Below the pieces are notes generated by a model that saw only the letters and a program-made list of their open reading frames with translations, made no database searches and was not told where the DNA came from. The translations under genes and the position numbers were made by a program. 64,000 nucleotides of DNA from an uncultured Gammaproteobacteria bacterium (GTDB lineage Bacteria > Patescibacteriota > Patescibacteriia > UBA9934), in contig CAZREA010000001.1 of assembly GCA_964599455.1 (NCBI GenBank), positions 269,183 through 333,182 of the forward strand, in the 5' to 3' direction. Positions 59,062 through 64,000 of the stretch are shown in pieces. Position 1 is the first letter of the stretch; each line of letters starts with the position of its first letter.

Positions 59062-60549
59062 GAACACAAATCTCTTCATCGCTCGTAAAATCCCCATCAT
59101 ATCCAAAGGTTCTTTTTTAAACGTTACCTTGATTTCATGAATCTTTGGCTTGTCTTCAACATCTCTAACCCGCGGAGCAGAGAGAACAAGCCTGTAAGCC
59201 CCCTGTTCCTTTGGGGCTCCTTCCAAAGAAAAAGAAGCGTTCGATTGACGCCAACCTGCATCGGTAAATGCCGTTGGCGCAATCGTTGCCAGAACATAGG
59301 ATACACCGGCATCAGCAAGCGAAGGCAGGGCCGTAACTTGCAATGCATCAGGATTGAAAAATGCATCTTCACTGAGTGCAAATTTTCCATCACCAATAAG
59401 CTTTACATCTCCGACCGGCGAAGTGAAAGTAGCGATATCGGCATCCGCGATCACTACAGAAACTTTTTCTTGTACACCAGAAATCGCGAGCGCTTGCGCT
59501 CCAGCCTGCAACGTTTGCAATCCTTCTGCATGCAACGTTTCAGCGGTGAGGTATTTTACATCTGACCAAAAGGTTGTTGCGCGAGGTTGTGGCAAAAAAC
59601 CGATATCATCAGCAATGAAGAGTTGATTTTTAAAGACAAAATATGAACCGCTCTCGGTAATTGATCGCCAAATAATGTCTGAGGTTGAAGATAAGGAAAT
59701 ACGATAAACACCCTCAGGTAAATTATTCTTTTTAAACGTGATCGTTCGTAATGAGGACTGTGTTTGATCTTCAGAAATCACACCGTCATCAAGAAACGGC
59801 TCTTCAAACATCGTTTGCCCGGCTTCATTGATAATTTTCACGAAGCCCTCATCAGGGCCATAGCTGCGATTTACATCAACGAACGAAACCGAGAATGTTG
59901 TCTGTTCATGGTCCTGAACATACATCAATGCTTCATGCGCACCACGCAACGCGACGTCATATGTTCGCGGGGATGCGAGAGAAGTCGCCGAAAAATCACG
60001 AAACGGCTGCGTCCAAGCGGTGCGGTACACAGCAATATCTTCTCGCTTGGGGATGTTGGCAAGAAAAGCATCAACATCTTGCACGTCATCATTTTTTGCC
60101 CAGACTTTTTCTAGCAATCCATTATCCAAAGTCTTTGTTGTTGATGGCCAAGCAAGCGTATCAAGTGCCCGATAAAAAAGAGGTGTAAAAGTAAAACGCT
60201 GCAAGCGAAGATCTTGTAATAGTCCCACTTCAAGCAAATCTTGATCTTCCGCGTCAAAAGAAATCGCTACATCCATCGATGTCCAATCTCCGGGTGGAGG
60301 CGTTAGCGAGACATAAACCGGTTCATCAATAATCGCTATGCATGAGCCTCGGTCATCAGCACATGTTGCATCCATGCGTGCATCAGGCAAAGGGCGGCCA
60401 ATCAGCGGCGAGGCTGCATCTGCATACCAAATCGCTGATCGTTCACCGGTCGGAGCGATATATATCCAAAACAACAGGCAAAAAAGTGCCGATGGAAAAA
60501 GGGCAACAAAAAGAATGGAAAAAATGTTACTTTTGAACGCTCTCGACAT
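59053..60549 (-). CDS. Membrane-anchored hypothetical extracellular protein
   Basis: N-terminal TM, ~500-aa ORF overlapping the upstream gene. Confidence 0.75.
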   Translation of the reverse strand: MSRAFKSNIFSILFVALFPSALFCLLFWIYIAPTGERSAIWYADAASPLIGRPLPDARMDATCADDRGSCIAIIDEPVYVSLTPPPGDWTSMDVAISFDAEDQDLLEVGLLQDLRLQRFTFTPLFYRALDTLAWPSTTKTLDNGLLEKVWAKNDDVQDVDAFLANIPKREDIAVYRTAWTQPFRDFSATSLASPRTYDVALRGAHEALMYVQDHEQTTFSVSFVDVNRSYGPDEGFVKIINEAGQTMFEEPFLDDGVISEDQTQSSLRTITFKKNNLPEGVYRISLSSTSDIIWRSITESGSYFVFKNQLFIADDIGFLPQPRATTFWSDVKYLTAETLHAEGLQTLQAGAQALAISGVQEKVSVVIADADIATFTSPVGDVKLIGDGKFALSEDAFFNPDALQVTALPSLADAGVSYVLATIAPTAFTDAGWRQSNASFSLEGAPKEQGAYRLVLSAPRVRDVEDKPKIHEIKVTFKKEPLDMMGILRAMKRFVFRP

Positions 60550-62203
60550 ATTCAATACGATACAACGTTTCATCTTGCAAAGTAATCACAGGGACAAATT
60601 GCAATCCCTCACCAATAAGTTTTATTTCCTTCAAATAACGGAGATCTTTTTCAGGTAAGGTGATGCCAAAATAATACGTCGGTGCATTCTGCATCATGAT
60701 TGGAATCGCCTCATAGGTTACATCACTACGCAAAGGCGCGACCACGCGTCGATCGGGCCAGAGATATTTATCAGCCCGATCGACGATAATAATGGCATCG
60801 TTTTCGGTTGCCGCAAGAATCGCTTCTTGTTTTTCTTGGAACGATGCCAGTGCAGCTCGACTAGCAAAGATTCCATCTGCTCCCCAAAAAACCAAACGTC
60901 CCGATAAAATCAACGTTAACACACACAAGCAAGCAAGTACGATCTGACGAGCGCGATCTGATCTTTCTTTTTTAACTAACATTGAAGCTCTATCCACAAT
61001 CCATACACATGCCTGTGCGGCAAAAGGCGTTGCCAATACAAAAAGTGGTAACCAATACCGAACATACGAATTGCCAAGTGAAATTGCCCGAGGATCGGGA
61101 TTGTCATGAAACAACCAACTCCCATACAGCACAAAAAGATAACTACTGATGAGCGTCGAGGAGATCGTCCATGCTTTCCAAAAAAAGGACTGCTTTTTCC
61201 ATGTACTCAGCACGAGCATACTTCCAAATAATGCAGGAATGGTCATCCATGGATACAACAGAAACGCGTAAAAAAAGATATGACGCAGTGTTGAACGCAG
61301 ATGTATGCCAAATGGAAAAAAGAGTTCACTTACTGTCTGCCAATAGTCAATGCTCTGCGTCGTATCAGGTGAAACTCCAGCTTCTTGCACAACAGGTTGC
61401 CATAATTGTTGGCCGACTGTATAGCCAGTTGTAAATGGATTTCCGTATGTCATCCCATTTGCTCCTAACATGAAGAGTATCATCACACCAAAACCGATTC
61501 CTGATGCGAGAAGATCACGCCAGCTCATCCATGTTTTTCGTAAAGCGATGATCACGAGCACAAGCACCGTTGGCAGTATCCACCATAATTCTGCCGCGCG
61601 AATAAACAAGGCCATGCCCACACAAAAACCCGACAATGCCCACAAAAGCATGCGATGACGAACTATGGATACTCGATAGGCAGTCACCGCAATCCACAGT
61701 GCGAATAGAAGGAAAGCAACAAAAGGAATATTCGGCATCAAGGTTCGACTGGTATACAGCCACCATGCCGGATGTATAGCGAGAAGAAATAACGACAGTA
61801 ATGCAAGGCGTTTATCATCTGTGCATTTATAAAGAAGGGAGCCAAGCGCAGATAGAGCGAGCAATGAGAGAAACGGCGTGAATAAGAATGTCAATTGAGA
61901 AGAGATCATGCTGATACCGCCAACCAGATAAGACATGCCCAGAAAACTTGCAGGCACCAAGGATGTTCCGACCGTCAATACACTGCGTGGATGTAAAATG
62001 CCAGAAAGCACGCTGTTCAATGGCTCGCTAAGCATCGGTACTCCCTGTTCAACGATCGCTTGAGTAAAGGTAAACGTCGCATGTTCATCAGGAGAAACGA
62101 AAACATGCGTATTCCAGGCAAAAGGAATTGATAAAAAAAGTGTTGTTAAAAAATACAAAAACAGCAGACCTCCTATTATCAGCCTGGTCTGCACAAAAGA
62201 CAT
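60527..62203 (-). CDS. Polytopic GT-C-like (ArnT/PMT-type) glycosyltransferase
   Basis: SPDE motif after first TM, many TMs, RYWLP motif. Confidence 0.7.
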   Translation of the reverse strand: MSFVQTRLIIGGLLFLYFLTTLFLSIPFAWNTHVFVSPDEHATFTFTQAIVEQGVPMLSEPLNSVLSGILHPRSVLTVGTSLVPASFLGMSYLVGGISMISSQLTFLFTPFLSLLALSALGSLLYKCTDDKRLALLSLFLLAIHPAWWLYTSRTLMPNIPFVAFLLFALWIAVTAYRVSIVRHRMLLWALSGFCVGMALFIRAAELWWILPTVLVLVIIALRKTWMSWRDLLASGIGFGVMILFMLGANGMTYGNPFTTGYTVGQQLWQPVVQEAGVSPDTTQSIDYWQTVSELFFPFGIHLRSTLRHIFFYAFLLYPWMTIPALFGSMLVLSTWKKQSFFWKAWTISSTLISSYLFVLYGSWLFHDNPDPRAISLGNSYVRYWLPLFVLATPFAAQACVWIVDRASMLVKKERSDRARQIVLACLCVLTLILSGRLVFWGADGIFASRAALASFQEKQEAILAATENDAIIIVDRADKYLWPDRRVVAPLRSDVTYEAIPIMMQNAPTYYFGITLPEKDLRYLKEIKLIGEGLQFVPVITLQDETLYRIEYVESVQK

Positions 62204-62205
62204 AG

Positions 62206-62790
62206 TTAAAGCGAATAGGTAATAACGGCAACGACGGCAAAAATGAGCGATATACCAAGCACAACTTCACCAATCGCTATGAGCATCGGCAAACTCAACG
62301 TAATCCCTAAAAGGAGAAGAAAAAGAGAAGTACACTGGAGAAACATCTTTATCTTTCCCCACACATTAGCCATCATGATGCTCCCAGCGTATTTCGGTGA
62401 TGCCCAGCGAATAGAAGGAAGAATATCAAAAAAGATGGCCAAGAAAATAATCCATGGATGGTAATATTGCAAAGCAACCAGCAGCGCCACTGAACCGATC
62501 AACAGCTTGTCAGCAATCGGATCAAAAAAGATTCCCCAAGGAGTAATCTGATGACGGACTCGTGCCAACGATCCATCAATCATGTCGGTAAAAGCCGTCA
62601 ATAAAAATAACGGCACAGCAATCATGTACTCGTGTATCGATAACAGCCACAACACCAAAGGCGTCAGCAGAAGTCGCAAAATGGTGACATGATTTGGCCG
62701 AACAAAAGCGGGAATAAACGGCAAAACCACGGCTTTCATGACGTGGTCGTGGGGGTATAATTTTGGCGCTTGATCGACTGAAGTATCCAT
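62206..62790 (-). CDS. CDP-alcohol phosphatidyltransferase (PgsA-like)
   Basis: PNHVTILR, TDMIDGSLAR..ITPWGIFFDPIADK, GKIK. Confidence 0.92.
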   Translation of the reverse strand: MDTSVDQAPKLYPHDHVMKAVVLPFIPAFVRPNHVTILRLLLTPLVLWLLSIHEYMIAVPLFLLTAFTDMIDGSLARVRHQITPWGIFFDPIADKLLIGSVALLVALQYYHPWIIFLAIFFDILPSIRWASPKYAGSIMMANVWGKIKMFLQCTSLFLLLLGITLSLPMLIAIGEVVLGISLIFAVVAVITYSL

Positions 62791-62861
62791 GAAATCATGA
62801 TAGCAAAGGCAAGCTCGTGCTGCTAGTAGCCAATAAAAGAACAGATCCCGACCCTTCTTCT

Positions 62862-64000
62862 GTGCCCATTCTCTTCTTCGCTCTTCTCATTCTCAATGTC
62901 CTCATCTTTCAATCACCTTGGCTTGGTCTGGGCAGTTTAGCGATCGGCGCATGGTCCGTGGGGAGACGATACGGGACATGGCTTTTTCCCGAAGAATCTT
63001 TTACAGGAAAACTTTTAGGTGGAGCGTTTTTTTGCGCAGCGTTGGCAAGTATATTGGGAAGTATTGTTTTTTATACAACAACAATAACTGAGCTCACATT
63101 ACTTACTATTATCGCCTGCATGACTTTGTTTTCACTCTTTTTGAAAAATGCAACTCGGTTGCAGTTATCTCTTGCTCAATTTTCATCATCTCCTGTCACT
63201 CTTGCCGCGCTTCTTCTCACGATAACGAGTTTGGGATTATGGTGGCATGCAATTCTTTCCTCCCCCATCACCACCGCTATTCGTTCACCCTGGCTCAGCT
63301 TCTCTCCTGCACATATTCTCTTGTTAGCAGTCGCCTTTGCGACATCATGGTTCATCTATCGTCGAGAAACATCACGCTTGCTTGGCGCGATCGGACTTGT
63401 CGTGACACTCTTTAGTGCGGTGAGTATGGCAGCAGCGCTTTATTCGCTTGGCTATGGATTTGATCCTTTTCTGCATCGTGCCACGGTTGAGCATATCGCC
63501 ACGTTTGGCACGATTACACCCAAGCCCCTGTATTACATTGGTCAGTATGCGCTTGAACTTTTGGCGATGAAACTTTTTTTCTTCCCCCTCTTTATTGTCG
63601 ATATCTTCCTTGCCCCACTCGCCATTAGCCTCATTGGTCTGTTTTTGTTGGTACAAAAAAAAACCACATCTTGGACACCCGCCCTTCTCGCTCTTCTCCC
63701 TTTAGGGGCATGGATTTCAACCACGCCTCAAGCACTTGCCTTTGCCGGAACATTCGCGGTGATCATTTGGTTATGGCAGACGCAAGGATCTTGGACACGG
63801 TCCGCCAGAATCGGCGCATGGATCATCGCCATCGGTACACTCACTTTTCATCCACTCGCTGGCATTCCCGCAGTCGGACTCGTCTTCTTGAGAGAAATTA
63901 CCGCATGGAAACATAACCTTGCAAAACCTCTTTTCATAGTGAGTACCATCGGATTAAGTATCGCTTTACCAATTGCTTTTTTTGCGCAGAGCTATCTAAG
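62862..64000 (+). CDS. Polytopic membrane protein (runs off window end)
   Basis: Manual translation gives many TM segments and YGFDPFLHRAT...PKPLYYIGQY; start uncertain. Confidence 0.7.
   Translation, partial: MPILFFALLILNVLIFQSPWLGLGSLAIGAWSVGRRYGTWLFPEESFTGKLLGGAFFCAALASILGSIVFYTTTITELTLLTIIACMTLFSLFLKNATRLQLSLAQFSSSPVTLAALLLTITSLGLWWHAILSSPITTAIRSPWLSFSPAHILLLAVAFATSWFIYRRETSRLLGAIGLVVTLFSAVSMAAALYSLGYGFDPFLHRATVEHIATFGTITPKPLYYIGQYALELLAMKLFFFPLFIVDIFLAPLAISLIGLFLLVQKKTTSWTPALLALLPLGAWISTTPQALAFAGTFAVIIWLWQTQGSWTRSARIGAWIIAIGTLTFHPLAGIPAVGLVFLREITAWKHNLAKPLFIVSTIGLSIALPIAFFAQSYL

Overview
Chromosomal segment of a small-genome bacterium. The gene families (TrmB-type HTH, VirD4/TraD-like ATPase plus membrane partner, PEGA protein, acidic surface protein, split dcw genes) point to Patescibacteria/CPR, probably a Parcubacteria-type lineage; this is inference, and the standard genetic code fits. 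The backbone is mostly minus-strand housekeeping genes: murD/murE/ftsB-like, lepA, mnmA, rluA, uppP, secDF, rnhA, recJ, murG, pyrG, ftsW, mraY, rplI, ctpA, an rfbF/rfbG/rmlD/GT2 glycan cluster and pgsA-like; rpmA and tRNA-Lys are on the plus strand. Many backbone genes have a -10 box a few bases before the start codon and no Shine-Dalgarno (SD). Interspersed are GC-rich, mostly SD-led single-gene cassettes, most ending in a long hairpin. Main observations: (1) two unrelated ~400-nt densely base-paired non-coding units (7570-7993 +, 38962-39351 -), each behind a TAGGCT -10 promoter, with candidate pseudoknots and no tmRNA, RNase P or intron hallmarks that I can see; (2) seven Nudix-fold genes, five with eroded catalytic boxes, four in a tandem array with a shared terminator; (3) a repeated unknown domain with a GxTxEEA-like motif and a homopolymer frameshift; (4) REP-like palindromes inside or terminating protein genes; (5) SecD with inserted parvulin domains; (6) a solA-like oxidase interrupted by one in-frame TGA. 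All family calls are by motif recognition only; no searches were run.
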